DNA of 64,000 nucleotides from Isurus oxyrinchus (taxonomy: Eukaryota). Position numbers and translations under genes: made by a program. Under the pieces are notes generated by a model that saw nothing but the letters and a program-made list of their open reading frames with translations, was not told where the DNA came from and did not search any database. The first letter of the stretch is position 1; the number at the start of each line of letters is the position of its first letter. The DNA lies in NCBI GenBank assembly GCA_026770705.1, contig JANJGN010000052.1, forward strand, positions 310,001-374,000, written 5' to 3'. Positions 12,466 to 25,326 of this stretch are shown here, one piece after another.

Positions 12466-12808
12466 TTTATTCATAACCCAAATGCTTCTTACAATCTATC
12501 GCAGCATGAAAAAGGTGCAGCATTCAGAAAGCACATTCCAATCAGAGAACAGAGTTTAGCAACGTCACATTTCTGTTCATTCCTATTTGACCATGTTGGC
12601 TGCACACAGCCAGACAATGCCGTGGTTATGATGTGTCCACACAGCAGGACTGGGGTGCACCAGGTATAAGGAAAAGTTTCAGCTTGCTGAGGAGAAGAAG
12701 GAGAATCTCTCGTTCCAGGATTCTCTCCGTACATTAAGAAGCAGGCATGCCGATGTTTCATTGCACTCTGTCTGCTGATGGGAGTCCGCTTGGAAATTGT
12801 TGTTTGTG
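12466..12808 (-). other. Gene B putative terminal/3'UTR exon with polyA signal
   Basis: TTCTTTCCATCAG acceptor; AATAAA at 12471-12466. Homologous to gene D sequence just past its stop (55100-55225). Confidence 0.5.
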
Positions 12809-12829
12809 CTGATGGAAAGAATAAGCTTT

Positions 12830-13430
12830 TCATAAATCGAGGGATTGAGTAAAAACACAGGGAGGTTATGCTGAACATTTATAAAGCTCTGGTTAGGTCA
12901 CAACTAGAGTATTGTGTCCAGTTCTGGTCTCTTCACTTTGGGAAGGAAGTGAGGGTCCTTGAGAGGGTGGGGAGGAGATTGAGCAGAATGGGTCCAGGGA
13001 TGAGGGATTTTAGCTACAAGGTTGGGTTGGAGAAGCTGGGGTTGTTCTCCTTGGAGCAAAGGAGATTGAGGGGGGATCTGATCGAGGTGTACAAGATGAT
13101 GATGGGTTTAGATAAGGCAGACAAAGAGAAGCTGTTGCCATTAGCTGATGGTACAAGGACTGGGGGACACAGATTGAAGGATTTGGACAGGGGGTGATGT
13201 GAGAAGGAACTTTTTTACACAGCGAGTGGTAATGAGCTGGAACTCGCTGCCTACGAGGATGGTGGAAGTGGAGACGATGAACGATTTCAAAAGGAAATTG
13301 GATGGACACATGAGGGGAAATAAACTCACAGGGATACGGGGATAGAGCGGGGGAAATGGGACTGAGTGGATTGCTCTACAGAGAGGCAGCATGGACTCAA
13401 TGGGCTGAATGGGCTCCTACTGTGCTGGAA
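12830..13430 (+). mobile_element. CR1-type LINE 3' fragment
   Basis: YKALVRSQLEYCVQFWS and LGLFSLEQRRLRGDLIEVYK; paralog at 28275-28880. Confidence 0.9.
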
Positions 13431-13548
13431 TACCTCTCTGATACGAAGGTGATTCTAACCAGGACACTGACCAGTTTCATTACAACTTAACCCAACATCA
13501 CACGTTATTTGTCCGCACTGACTGACCAGATTGTTGCTGTACAAAGCT

Positions 13549-13688
13549 TCAAACAGTCTGTCGACTTCCTTTCACTGTTTGTCTCTCCCAGACACAGACT
13601 CCAGTGATAGTGATAACCACAGCCACAAGGAATATCACAGCTCGTATTCCCAGGATCAGGATCACGTGCAGAATCTCTCCTCCACTGT
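13549..13688 (-). CDS. Gene B TM exon with charged Arg and short tail (activating type)
   Basis: TTCTCTAG acceptor, phase 1: SGGEILHVILILGIRAVIFLVAVVITITGVCVWERQTVKGSRQTV-stop. Arg codon at 13644-13642. Confidence 0.88.
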
Positions 13689-14808
13689 CTAGAGAACACA
13701 CAGAAAGAAATCATCACTGACTCTCCGCTTTCAATCTCTCACTGTGTTTGAACAATCAAGCTTCATATCACTGCAACATTTGCTGTAATATTGACTCATC
13801 CACTGGGATTCAATGTGGAATGAATGTTTTCATTGTAAACACTCTAAGAGTGGACAATCGGAACTTTCCCCTTAGCGTGGAACATTGGTGAGAATGGATC
13901 ATTGTGCTGTTGGACTCCCTGTCCAATGTTTCTCTCCATCGCCGTGTACAGGATTGTGCTGTAGAAAATTCTGGAAACGTTTAGTGCAGGGTGGAAATCC
14001 ATCTCGGACGCGTGTGTGATTCGGGCAGGATCGAGATGGACTCCCCCACGGACTTACACCCCCCGCTTAATAAACAGTTCCAATCTTTACCCAGAGAGAG
14101 GGGAGAATGTGGAACTCGCTCCCACTGGGAGTGGTTGAGGTGAGTAGTAGCGAATTAGGAAGTGAAATTGCTTGAAAAGCTGGGAGATGCAAGGGTTAAG
14201 TGCAACCGTGCCACCACTGGTGGGAGAGTGTAACTACAGCATAACGTTTACATAGGCAATCCCCATTATAAACAAGGACATTGGACATCATGTGAAATAT
14301 GTGCACTGGAAAGCTGAGAACATGATGTAAGCTTTTCACCAACAGGAATTCCCTTCCTAAACCTCTCCACCTCTCACTTACTCTCAGATACTCAAACAAA
14401 ATTTCACACAAAATCACATAAGGACGAGTTGGGACAGGTGACTGGTCAAAGGGTTAGGTTTCAGGAAGCTTCTTAAAGGAGGATAGAGAGTTGGAGAGGC
14501 AGAGTGTATCTGTGAGTATCCCTGTGCATCTGAGTGTCTGTAGTAGACTTTGAAATTTCCATATTCTTCCATTAATATGAAAGGGAACACAAATCCCAGA
14601 ATCCAGGTCAACTCTCCGGTGCAACACTGAAGGAGGTCAGGAAACCCACAGGGCACTATGTGATAGTGTATTTGTTTGTGAGTGTGTCTTTGTGTGTGCT
14701 CATAGATGTGGGATTGTGTGTCTGCAGCTGTCTATTTAGGTCTGTATATTTATGTGTGTTTGTGTAGTGTTTGAATCTAAGAGAGATGTTGAAGTCTGTG
14801 TAACTCAC

Positions 14809-14959
14809 GTTCCACAGTGATGGTTATGAACCCCTCCACTGCTCCATGTTCATTCTCTGCCACACACTGATAGTCTCCAGTGTCCATGGATGTAACATGA
14901 GGAATCACCAACCACAGCTCATTGTTGGAACTTGTTCTGTTCATTGGGACATTGAGATG
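14809..14959 (-). pseudogene. Gene B truncated Ig exon (C-terminal half only)
   Basis: ..ELWLVIPHVTSMDTGDYQCVAENEHGAVEGFITITVE with GTGAGT donor. In-frame TGA directly upstream; no in-phase acceptor found. Confidence 0.75.
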
Positions 14960-15282
14960 TCAGCGCAGGACTCAACAAGACAGATCGCAGGTTTACCACA
15001 GAAAATGAACAACAATTTATATTTAAAGGGAAGAGAGTGCTGATTGGGTGGCAAGTGATCTCTGATTGGAGGAGAGTTGCCATGGAAAATAATGTGTGCG
15101 AGCTGTAAAGTTTAGACAGCTTGTCCCTTCATTCAGCAATAATCAATTAAAGATCAGTTAATTGCTATCGACTGTGAAGCACTTTGAGAGGTCTGAGAAT
15201 GTGGACACTGAGAACGGGCTGCACTGTCAGAGGGTCAGCGCTGAGGGAGTGCTGATGTAGAATGAAAGGTGTATGTACTTAC

Positions 15283-15579
15283 CTTGCACAGTTAGTACGA
15301 GGGTCTGCTCCGATGAAACAGATGGATATCTCACTCTGCAGCTGAGAGTGTGTCCGTGGTGTTTGAGTGATGGGATCAGGGTCAGAACAGAAGTATAGGT
15401 CAGAGTGACACCATGCTGAGTTACAGTGTTTGAGACTGATCCAGGTACGTCAGTGGGAGTGTCCCAGGTTAAGACAGGTGCTGCTGTTCCATTGCACGTT
15501 GTGTTGAAGGTGCAGCTTACATCCACACGCTTTCCTGCAATAATTTCAGCAGGGAATATCGTGGGTTTATCTGTGAAAT
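15283..15579 (-). CDS. Gene B Siglec C2-set (domain 2 type) exon, second copy
   Basis: TAG acceptor, GTAAGT donor, 297 nt, phase 1-1. DFTDKPTI..VSCTFNTTCNG..LTW..GHTLSCRV..LTVQ. Confidence 0.9.
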
Positions 15580-16894
15580 CTAACAGACAGAGAATGGATC
15601 CTTTTAGAGAAATATAACGTGAAGCATCAGTTCAAATAGAAACCACAGTCCCACAAGAGAAAGCACTTTTACAAGGATGATATCAGAACTGAGAGGTTAC
15701 AACGATCATTTTAGAATTGTCTATTTTTACACTTGTTGAATCTCTGTCACTCAGATTAATACACTCTCACTCAGTGACCCTTGATTTGACCAGACTGGGT
15801 GAGGGTGGAGGAACAGCTCACAGCTCGGGGAGAACAGACTCAGCATTTGGAAAAGGATATAGAGACACTGGAGAGGGTGGTAAAAAGCTTCACAAGGATG
15901 ATCTCCGCAATGTGAGGCTTTACCTATCAGGAGAGGATGTACAGGCTGGGTCTCTGTTCTCTTGAACAGAGAAGGTTGAAGGGTGACATCATTTGACCTT
16001 TGAAGTAGTGAAAGGTTTTGATCGAGTAGACATGGAGAGAGTGTTTCCACTCATCACAATGAACAAAACCAGAGGCTGACAGTATAACATCCTCACTAAT
16101 AAATCCAATGGGGAATTCAGGAGAAACTTCTTTACCCAGAGAGTGGGGAGAATGTGTACTTCAAGAATCACTTCATTGGCTGTGAATTGATTTAGGATCG
16201 TCCTGAGGTGGTGAAAGGCGCTATAGAAATGTGAGACTTGGTTTTGTATTTTGAAAGCAGGTTTCCAAGGATGAGATGGGAACTGAGAGGTCACAACAAT
16301 CAGCAGCAACTTTCCTATTTTCAAACTTGGTGGGGAATGTGTCACTGAGCTGAATACACTTTCTCTCCCAGACCCTTGAATTGCCAACACTGGGGTGTGG
16401 GTGATGGAGCAGCCCACAGCTCATGGAACCCTGGCTCATCATTCTCTCAGAGATCTGGGTCACTGATCCCATTGCTCTCTGTGGGAGCTTCCTGTGTACA
16501 AACTCACTGCCACGTTAGACAGTGACTATACTTCAAGAATTTCTTCATTGTCTGTGAAGTGATTTGAAGTTTGTTGAGGTGGTGAAAGGTGCTATAGGAA
16601 TGCACGTCCTTCTTTTGTCAAATTGTTAGACTTTTAAACAGGATTAGAGAGACTGATGGGAGTGGATAGCCTGATAGCATTGATGGACACAGTCAATACA
16701 TTTAATCATTGACATTAAAGTGATTATTAGAGGTTGCTTTAAGACTGAACTGGAAGCAATCACCAGGTTATTGAGAATCAGACAGTGTGTAAAAATAAAC
16801 TGTGTTTTGTGTTAATATGTAAACGTCACAGTTTGTGTTATTTCCCATTGAGTGTTGAATGTGAATTGTTGAGTAATTATAACACAGCACTTAC

Positions 16895-17259
16895 CAGAAA
16901 CATGAAGCTGGGTTACAGGATAGTAGTTGTATCTTTTCCTGCCGTCAAATTCTATCCTGAAAAAATAAGGTCCTGCATCTTCCCGTCTGATGTTGTTTAT
17001 AATCAGGGAACAGTCGCCATCTTTCAGGTCTCCAGACAGCCGGGTCCGATGGTGGAACCATGGTAACTCGTGACTGTGATCCTTGGAGTGAAAGGCAATG
17101 GGAGAACCCAATTTGTGTGTTTCTTTATTAAACCAGATTCCATCTCGTGGTTTGTTTTCCAACTCTACTGGATAACTGTAACGAAATGGAATCTGTACAC
17201 AGATTCCTGCGCTGTCACCTCTCGTGGAGTGTCACCTTTCCACTCTTGTGACAGTCCAA
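16895..17259 (-). pseudogene. Gene B frameshifted V-set exon V3
   Basis: 365 nt versus 369 nt in paralogs (net 4-nt loss near 17210). TAG at 17167-17165, B-strand Cys changed to Phe, splice sites intact. Confidence 0.88.
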
Positions 17260-17419
17260 CTGGGGAGAGAAATATCAATATTTATCCCTGGATCCTCATT
17301 GTTTAATGAATCTCTTTGGATCTTCTTTGTCTAAGGAATCTTTTTGGATCCTCATTGTCTAAGGGATTATTTCTGATCCAAACCCCATATTGTTGTATTG
17401 TTGATTCCGATGCAGCATT

Positions 17420-20335
17420 GTAGACTGACTTGTCCCCCAAAAAACTGTGTATCTCAGCCTTGAATATAATTAATGACCCAGCCTCTGCAGCTCTCTGCGG
17501 TATAGAATTCCACACATTCACTACCCTCTGAGAGAAGAAACTCCTCATCTCTGTCTTAAATGGGTGACCCCTTACTCTGAGATTATGCCCTCTGGTCCTA
17601 GACTCTCCCACAAGGGGAAACAACCTCTCAGCATCTACCCTGTCAAGCACCCTAAGAATCTTATATGTTTCAATAAGGTCAGCTCTCATTCTCCTAAACT
17701 CCAATGAGTACAGGCCCATCCTACTCAACCTCTCCTCATATGAAAATCCCTCCATTACTGGGATCAACCTAGTGAACCTTCTCTGGACTGCCTCCAATGC
17801 CAGTACATCTTTCCTTAGATAAGGGAACCAAAACTGCGCACAGTATTCTAGGTGTGGTCTAACTAGTGCCTTGTATAGTTTTAGCAAGACTTCCCTATTT
17901 TTATACTCCATTCCCTTTGAAATAAAGGCCAACATTCCACCTGCCTTCCCTATTAACTGTTGAACTTGTATGTTATCTTTCTGATGACTCCCAAATTCCT
18001 CTATGCTTCACCTTTCCAATGTCTTTCTCCATTGAAATAATATTCAGCTCCTCTATACATCCTGCCACAGTGCAGCAGCTCACATTTTCCCACATTATAT
18101 TCCATCTGCCAAGTTGATGCCCACTCACTGAACCTGTCTATGTCCCTCTGTAGACTCTTCGTGTCACCCTCACCACTTGCCTTCCCATCTATTTTTGTGT
18201 CATCCGCAAACTTGGCGAAAGTACATTAATTTCCCTCATCCAAGTCATTAATATATATTGTAAATAATTGTGGCCCCAGCACTGATCCCTGTGGCACTCC
18301 ACAGGTTGACATCCTGAAAATGCCCCCCTTATCTCAAATCTCTGTCTTCTCTTAGTTAGTCGATCCTCTTTCCATGCTAATATACTGCCCCCAACACCAT
18401 GGGCTCTTATCTTATTAAGTAGCCTTATATGTGGTACTTTACTGAACGACTTTTGCAAATCCAAATATATTACATCTACTGGTTCCCCTTTATCTATCCT
18501 GTTTGTTACCTCCTCAAATAATTCTAATAAATTTGTCATGCATGATTTCCCCTTCATGAAGCCTATGTTTGTTTAAATTATGCATTTCTAAATAGTCTGC
18601 TATTACATCCTTTATAATGGACTCTAACATGCTCCCAATGACAGATGTTAAGCTAACTGGCCTATAGTTTCCTGTTTGTTGTCTCCCTCCCTTTTTGAAT
18701 ATGGGTGTTACTTTGGCAGATTTCCAATCCTCTGGGAGTTTCCCAGAATCTAAGGATTCTTGGAAGATTAAAACCAGTACATCCACTATCTCTGCATCTA
18801 CTTCCTTTAATATCCTAAAATGCAACCTATCAGGTCCAGGGGACCTATCAGACTTGAGACCCATTAGTTTCGCTAGCGTTATTCTCTAGTGATAGTTACT
18901 GTATTTATTTCCTCTCCCCACCCCCCTTTTGCTCCTTGATTATTTAGTATTTTTGGAATGATATTAGTGTGTTCTACCGTGAAGACTGATGCAAAGTATT
19001 TATTCAACTCCTCTGTCATTTCCTGGTTCCTCATTATTATTTCCCCAGCCTAGTTCTCTAAGGGGCCTATGAACACTTTGGTCTCTCTCTTCCTTTTTAT
19101 ATATTTAAAGGAGCTTTTATTGTCCTTTTTTATATCAATTGCTAGTTTACCTAGTTTTCTCCCTCTTTATTTATTTTTTGGTCATCTTCTGTTGGTTTTT
19201 AAAACTCTCTCAGTCCTCTGGCTTACCACTAATCTTTGTCGTGCTGCATGTTTTTTCCTTCAATTTGATACACACCTTAACTTCTTTGGGTAACCCAGGT
19301 TGGTTTATTCTCTTCCTACAATCCTTCTTTCTCACTGGGATATATCGTTGTTGTGAGTCATGAGCTATTTTCTTAAACATCTGCTATTGTTCATCCACCA
19401 TCTTTTCTGCTAAACCCCTTTCCCAGTCCACTCCAGACAACCCTGTCCTTATTCCTTTGTAATTACACTTATTTAAGTCCAGCACAGTTGTTTCCGACCC
19501 AGGTTTCTCAGTCTCAGAGGGAATGCTAAATTCTACCATGTTATGGTCACTGTTTTCCAGGGGATCATTTATTCTGAGATCATGTATGAAACCTGCCTCA
19601 TTACACATTACCAGATCCAAAATAGCCTGATCCCTGGTTAGATCCACGACATATTATTCCAGGAAACTGTCTTGAATAAACTCAATGAATTCTTGCTCAT
19701 GGCTACCTCTGCCAATTGGGTTTTCCCAATCTACATGAAGATTAATGTACTGCCTTTTTTACATGCCCTCATTATCTCATGATTTATTCTCTGTCCTACA
19801 GCCGAGCTACAGTCATGGGGCTGATAGACCACTCCCACCAGTTCCTTCCTCCACTTGTTATTCATTACCTCGAGCCATATGGATTCTATACCCTCCGATC
19901 CAAGATCATTTCTTGCTTTCGTACTTATTCCATCTCCTATTAACAAAGCTACCACACCACCTTTCCTTCCTGCCTGTCTTTTTGAAAAGTCACATACCCC
20001 TGAATATTTATTTCAAAGCTTTGATCTCCTTGTAACCATGTCTCCATAATGGCTATAAGATCAAACCCATTAACCTCTATTTGTGCCTTTAATTCATTTA
20101 TGTTGTTCCAAATACTATGTGCATTTAAGTCAAGAGCCATTAATTTTGTCTTTTTATCATTTTCCTCCCTCTGACACTATTTGCTGATGTATTTTAATGT
20201 TTGGACACTGTGTACCCACCTGTCACACGCTGGGTATCATCACCAAAACAGCTATCCTGCAATGCTGACAAATCCTTTTGATTTGTAAGCCTACATATAC
20301 CCTCTCCAGAACACTCTCCCCATCTATTTAGTTTA
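17420..20335 (-). mobile_element. Long degenerate CR1-type LINE (APE endonuclease and RT)
   Basis: LNAHSIWN..FDLIAIMETWLQ, KSDRSPGPD, GNYRPVSLTSV, DVIYLDLQKSF and YKALVRPHLEY across several frames. Confidence 0.92.
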
Positions 20336-20339
20336 AAGG

Positions 20340-22688
20340 CAATACTGAGGGAGAGCAGCACTGTCAAAGGGTCATTACTGAGGGAGTGTTGCACAGTTGG
20401 AAGCTCTGGAACAAGGGACTGCAGCATTATCTGAGGGTCAGTCGGGAGGGAGGTATTCAATGTTGGATTGTAAGATCTGAGGGAGCGCTGCAGAGTTGGA
20501 GCTTCAGTAGTGAAGGAGTGCTGCACTGTCAGAGGGTCAGTACTGAGGGAGTGCTGCACTGTCAGAGGGTCAGTACTGAGGGAGTGCTGCACTGTTGGAG
20601 GGTCTGTACTGTGGGAGTGCTGCACTGATGGAGGATCAGTACAGAGAGATTTCTAAACTGTTGGAGGATCAGTACTGAGAGAGTGCTGCACTGTCAGAGT
20701 GTCAGTACTGAGGGAGTGCTGCACTGTCAGTGGGTCAGTACTGAGAGAGTGTTGCACTATCAGAGGGACAGGACTGAGGGAGTGCTGCACTGTCAGAGGG
20801 TCAGTACTGAAGGAGTGCTGCACTGTCGGAGGGTCAGTACTGAGGGAGTGCTGCACGATCAGGGGGTCAGTACTGAGGGATTGCTACACTGTTGGAGGGT
20901 CTGTACTGATTGAGTGCTGCACTGTTGGAGGGTCAGTACTAAGGGAGTGCTGCACTGTCAGAGGGTCAGTACTGAAGGAGTGCTGCACTGTCGGAGAGTC
21001 AGTACTGAGGAGGTGCTGCACTGTCGGAGGATCAGAACTGAGGGGGTGCTGCACTGTCAGAGGGTCAGTACTGAGGGAGTGCTGCACTGTCAAAGGGTCA
21101 GTACTGAGGGAGTGCTGCCCTGTCAGAGGGTCAGTATTGAGGGAGTGCTGCACTGTCAGAGGGCCAGTACTGAGGGAGAGCTGCACTGTCGGAGGGTCAG
21201 TACTAAGGGAATGCTGTACAGTCAGAGGGTCAGTACTGAGGGAATGCTGTACAGTCAGAAGGTCAGTACTGAGTGAGTGCTGCACGGTCAGGGGGTCAGT
21301 ACTGAGGGAGTGCTGCACTGTCAGAGGGTCAGTACTGAGGGAGTGCTGCACTGTCAGAGGGTCAGTACTGAGGGAGTGCTGCACTGTCAGGGGGTCAGTA
21401 CTGAGGGAGTGCTGCACTGTCAGAGGGTCAGTACTGAGGGAGTGCTGCACTGTCAGAGGGACATTATTGAGGGAGTGCTGCGATGTCGGAGGATCAGTAC
21501 TGAGGGAGTGCTGCACGATCAGGGGTTCAGTACTGAGGGATTGCTACACTGTTGGAGGGTCTGTACTGATTGAGTGCTGCACTGTTGGAGGGTCAGTACT
21601 AAGGGAGTGCTGCACTGTCAGAGGGTCAGTACTGAAGGAGTGCTGCACTGTCGGAGAGTCAGTACTGAGGAGGTGCTGCACTGTCGGAGGATCAGAACTG
21701 AGGGGGTGCTGCACTGTCAGAGGGTCAGTACTGAGGGAGTGCTGCACTGTCAAAGGGTCAGTACTGAGGGAGTGCTGCCCTGTCAGAGAGTCAGTATTGA
21801 GGGAGTGCTGCACTGTCAGAGGGCCGGTACTGAGGGAGAGCTGCACTGTCGGAGGGTCAGTGCTAAGGGAATGCTGTACAGTCAGAGGGTCAGTACTGAG
21901 GGAATGCTGTACAGTCAGAAGGTCAGTACTGAGTGATTGCTGCACGGTCAGGGGGTCAGTACTGAGGGAGTGCTGCACTGTCAGAGGGTCAGTACTGAGG
22001 GAGTGCTGCACTGTCAGAGGGTCAGTACTGAGGGAGTGCTGCACTGTCGGGGGGTCAGTACTGAGGGAGTGCTGCACTGTCAGAGGGTCAGTACTGAGGG
22101 AGTGCTGCACTGTCAGAGGGTCAGTACTGAGGGAGTGCTGCACTGTCAGAGGGTCAGTACTGAGGGAGTGCTGCACTGTCAGGGGGTCAGTACTGAGGGA
22201 GTGCTGTACTGTCAGAGGTTCAGTATTGAGTGAGTGCTGCACTGTCAGAGGGTCAGTACTGAGGGAGTGCTGCACTGTCAGGGGGTCAGTACTGAGGGAG
22301 TGCTGCACTGTCAGAGGGTCAGTACTGAGGGAGTGCTGCACTGTCAGAGGGTCAGTACTGAGGGAGTGCTGCACTGTCGGAGGGTCAGTACTGAGGGAGT
22401 GCTGCACTGTCAGGGGGTGAGTACTGAGGGAGTGCTGCACTGTCAGAGGGTCAGTACTGAGGGTGTACTGCACTGTCAGAGGGTCAGTACTGAGTGAGTG
22501 CTGCACTGTCAGGGGGTCAGTACTGAGTGAGTGCTGCACTGTCAGAGGTTCAGTACTGAGGGAGTGCTGCACTGTCAGGGGGTCAGTACTGAGGGAGTGC
22601 TGCACTGTCAGAGGGTCAGTACTGAGGGAGTGCTGCACTGTCAGAGGGTCAGTACTGAGGGAGTGCTGCGCTGTCAGGGGGTGAGTAC
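20340..22688. repeat. 33-bp minisatellite array with a 660-bp higher-order duplication
   Basis: Near-perfect 33-bp period; the pattern of variant units at 20851 recurs at 21511. Confidence 0.95.
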
Positions 22689-22899
22689 ATTGCGATTCCT
22701 GCTCTGCTCTATCGGTCTCTTGGCTGGAAATAAAAGCCGCTGTGTTACTGTTCAGAAACTGTTATTAATTGTGTTCCGGTCACTATTTTCCCTAAAAAAC
22801 AGATTCTCTGATTCTCATCAGAATACCTTTCTATGGGATCCTGCTATGCATTATCTACACTGTTCTAGCTAATGTAGAATGAAAGGTGTCCATACTTAC

Positions 22900-23196
22900 C
22901 TTGCACAGTTAGTACGAGGGTCCGCTCCGATGAAACAGATGGATATCTCACTCTGCAGCTGAGAGTGTGTCCGTGGTGTTTGAGTGATGGGGTCAGGGTC
23001 AGAACAGAAGTATAGGTCAGAGTGACACCATGCTGAGTTACAGTGTTTGAGACTGATCCAGGTACGTCAGTGGGAGTGTCCCAGGTTAAGACAGGTGCTG
23101 CTGTTCCATTGCACGTTGTGTTGAAGGTGCAGCTTACATCCACACGCTTTCCTGCAATAATTTCAGCAGGGAATATCGTGGGTTTATCTGTGAAAT
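22900..23196 (-). CDS. Gene B Siglec C2-set exon, first copy
   Basis: 297 nt, phase 1-1, canonical splice sites; nearly identical to 15283-15579. Confidence 0.9.
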
Positions 23197-23449
23197 CTAA
23201 CAGACGGAGAATGGATCCTTTTAGAGAAATATAACGTGAAGCATCAGTTCAAATAGAAACCACAGTCCCACAAGAGAAAGCACTTTTACAAGGATGATAT
23301 CAGAACTGAGAGGTTACAATGATCAGGAAAGATTTTCTTGCTCTTTGGCAGTAGTGTTTCTGTCTCTCAGCTTAATACACGTTCACTCCGAGACATGTGA
23401 ATTGAGAACACTGGATGAGAGAAGAGGCTCAGACCAGAGATTGGAGTTA

Positions 23450-23582
23450 AAAGCAGAATACTGCGGATGCTGGAAATCTGAAACCAAAACAAAAATTGCT
23501 GGAAAGACTCAGCAGGTCTGACAGTATCAGTGGAGAGGAAGACAGGGTTAACGTTTCGAGTCTGTATGACTCTTCATCAGAC
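23450..23582 (-). mobile_element. Short Penelope-like terminal fragment
   Basis: TACTGCGGATGCTGGAAATCTGAAA..CTCAGCAGGTCTG, recognised from memory of fish/shark repeats; unverified. Confidence 0.45.
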
Positions 23583-24055
23583 CAGAGGTTTGAGTTCACT
23601 GGCTTCTCATTTCCTCAGCGATCTGGGTGATTTATTACATTGTGGTTTGCTGGATCTTGCTGTGCACAAACTGCCTGCTGTGTTTAACATCTGTGACCAC
23701 AATTCAGGAATAATTTCATTGGCTGTGAAGGGATTTGGATCCTCCTGAGGTGGTAAATTGCGCTGCAGAAATGCACATCTTTCTTTTATCGATAAGTCAG
23801 ACTTTTACACAGGACAGGAGAGATTGATGGGAGTGGATAACCTGATAATACAGTTAATGCTTTTCATCATTGATATTAAAGTGAGTATTAGAGGTTGCTT
23901 TAGGACTGAACTGGAAGCTATCAGCAGGTTATTGAGAATCAGACAGTGTGTTATAATAAGCTGCGTTTTGTGTTAATATGTAAACATCACAGTTTGTGTT
24001 ATTTCCCATTGAGTGTTGAATGTGAATTGTTGAGTAATTATAACACAGCACTTAC

Positions 24056-24424
24056 CAGAAACGTGAAGCTGGGTTACAGGGTAATAGTTATGGCTCGGAC
24101 CATTGTCAAATTCTATTCTGAAAAAATAAGGTCCTGCATCTTCCCGTCTGATGTTGTTTATAATCAGGGAACAGTCGCCATCTTTCAGGTCTCCAGACAG
24201 CCGGGTCCGATGGCGGAACCGTGGTAACTCGTGACTGTGATCCTTGGAGTGAAAGGCTATGGGAGCCCAGGGGATCTGTTCCTCATTATTAAACCAGACT
24301 CCACCTCGCGGTTGGCTTTCCAAATGTGCTGGATAACTGTAATGACATGGAATCTGTACACACGAACCTTCCTGCGCTGTCACCTCTCGTGGAGTGTCAC
24401 CTTTCCACTCTTGTGACAGTCCAA
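24056..24424 (-). CDS. Gene B Siglec V-set exon V4 (N-terminal V, Arg intact)
   Basis: 369 nt, phase 1-1, canonical splice sites, YFFRIE motif. Confidence 0.93.
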
Positions 24425-25286
24425 CTGGGGAGAGAAATATCAATATTTAACTCTGGATGGTTTGTAGATCCACTAGACTCGATATCCACCCCCTCCATCA
24501 CTGGGGCACATTGGCTGCAGTGTGGACCATCTACAGGACACACATGGAACTCCCCAGGGGTTTCATAATGGATGGAAGAGAATCCTGGACACACGAGTGG
24601 ACAACTTCATTCTACATTGGCTCATGGTCCTCAGGACCCTGTTTAGTGAAGCCAGTCTTCCACCCAACACAGTGTTTACAAGACACACAGGGAAACTGTG
24701 TAAACATCTCATCTCTCTAAACTGACTGGTTTGTCTTCGGTTTAACTTTCAGTTATTTTACTTCCTTATTATGGTTGCTATGGTGAAACTGTGCAGGAAG
24801 TGCGAGGGCTGGACTCTCTGTCTATTCTCACTGCAGCTGTGATGTAGTCGTGGTGGTTTTTAGTAAAATGAAACCCTCTGATCTCCTCCATCGCCGAGGT
24901 TTAGGGAGTGAATTCCAGAGCTCAGGCCCCAGGCAGCTGAAGGCCCGGCCGCCAGTATTGGAGTGATGGGAATCGGGGGATGGTCAAGAGGCCGGAATTG
25001 GAGTAACACAGAGATCTGGGACGTTGGTTGGGAGAGTTGCAGGAGGTTACAGAGATAAGGAGGCAGTGTGAGGCAATGGATGCATTTGAACAAAGAGATG
25101 TGAATTTTAAGTTTGAGATGTTGTAGGACCAGGAGTCAGATAGTTTAGGGGTGATGGGTGAATGGGACTTGGTGTGAGTTTGTACACTGGCTCACTGCTG
25201 AATCAGTTCCCAATCACAGCTCAATAAGAATGATCTTTTACAAAGACTATTCACCATAAATCTGTCTGAGCTGACGATGATATTAC

Positions 25287-25326
25287 CTTGGAGAAGTGAC
25301 AGGAGGAAGTAAGATTTCCCGATCAT
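25287..25326 (-). CDS. Gene B leader exon, coding part
   Basis: MIGKSYFLLSLLQ+G, GTAATA donor; acceptor gives exon start 25368. Confidence 0.88.

Noticed and set aside
13549-13563. PDZ-binding motif at RQTV/RQPV
   Set aside because: No Ser/Thr at position -2.
13505-13717. Listed ORF MMISFCVFSRQW... (also 28821-29072)
   Set aside because: Alternative frame over the TM exon; the phase-1 spliced frame gives the TM helix.
20699-22420. 573-aa Cys-rich ORF and similar ORFs (LRECCTVRGSV, STDPLTVQHSL)
   Set aside because: The 33-bp unit is a multiple of 3, so several frames on both strands stay open. It is intronic SINE-derived minisatellite.
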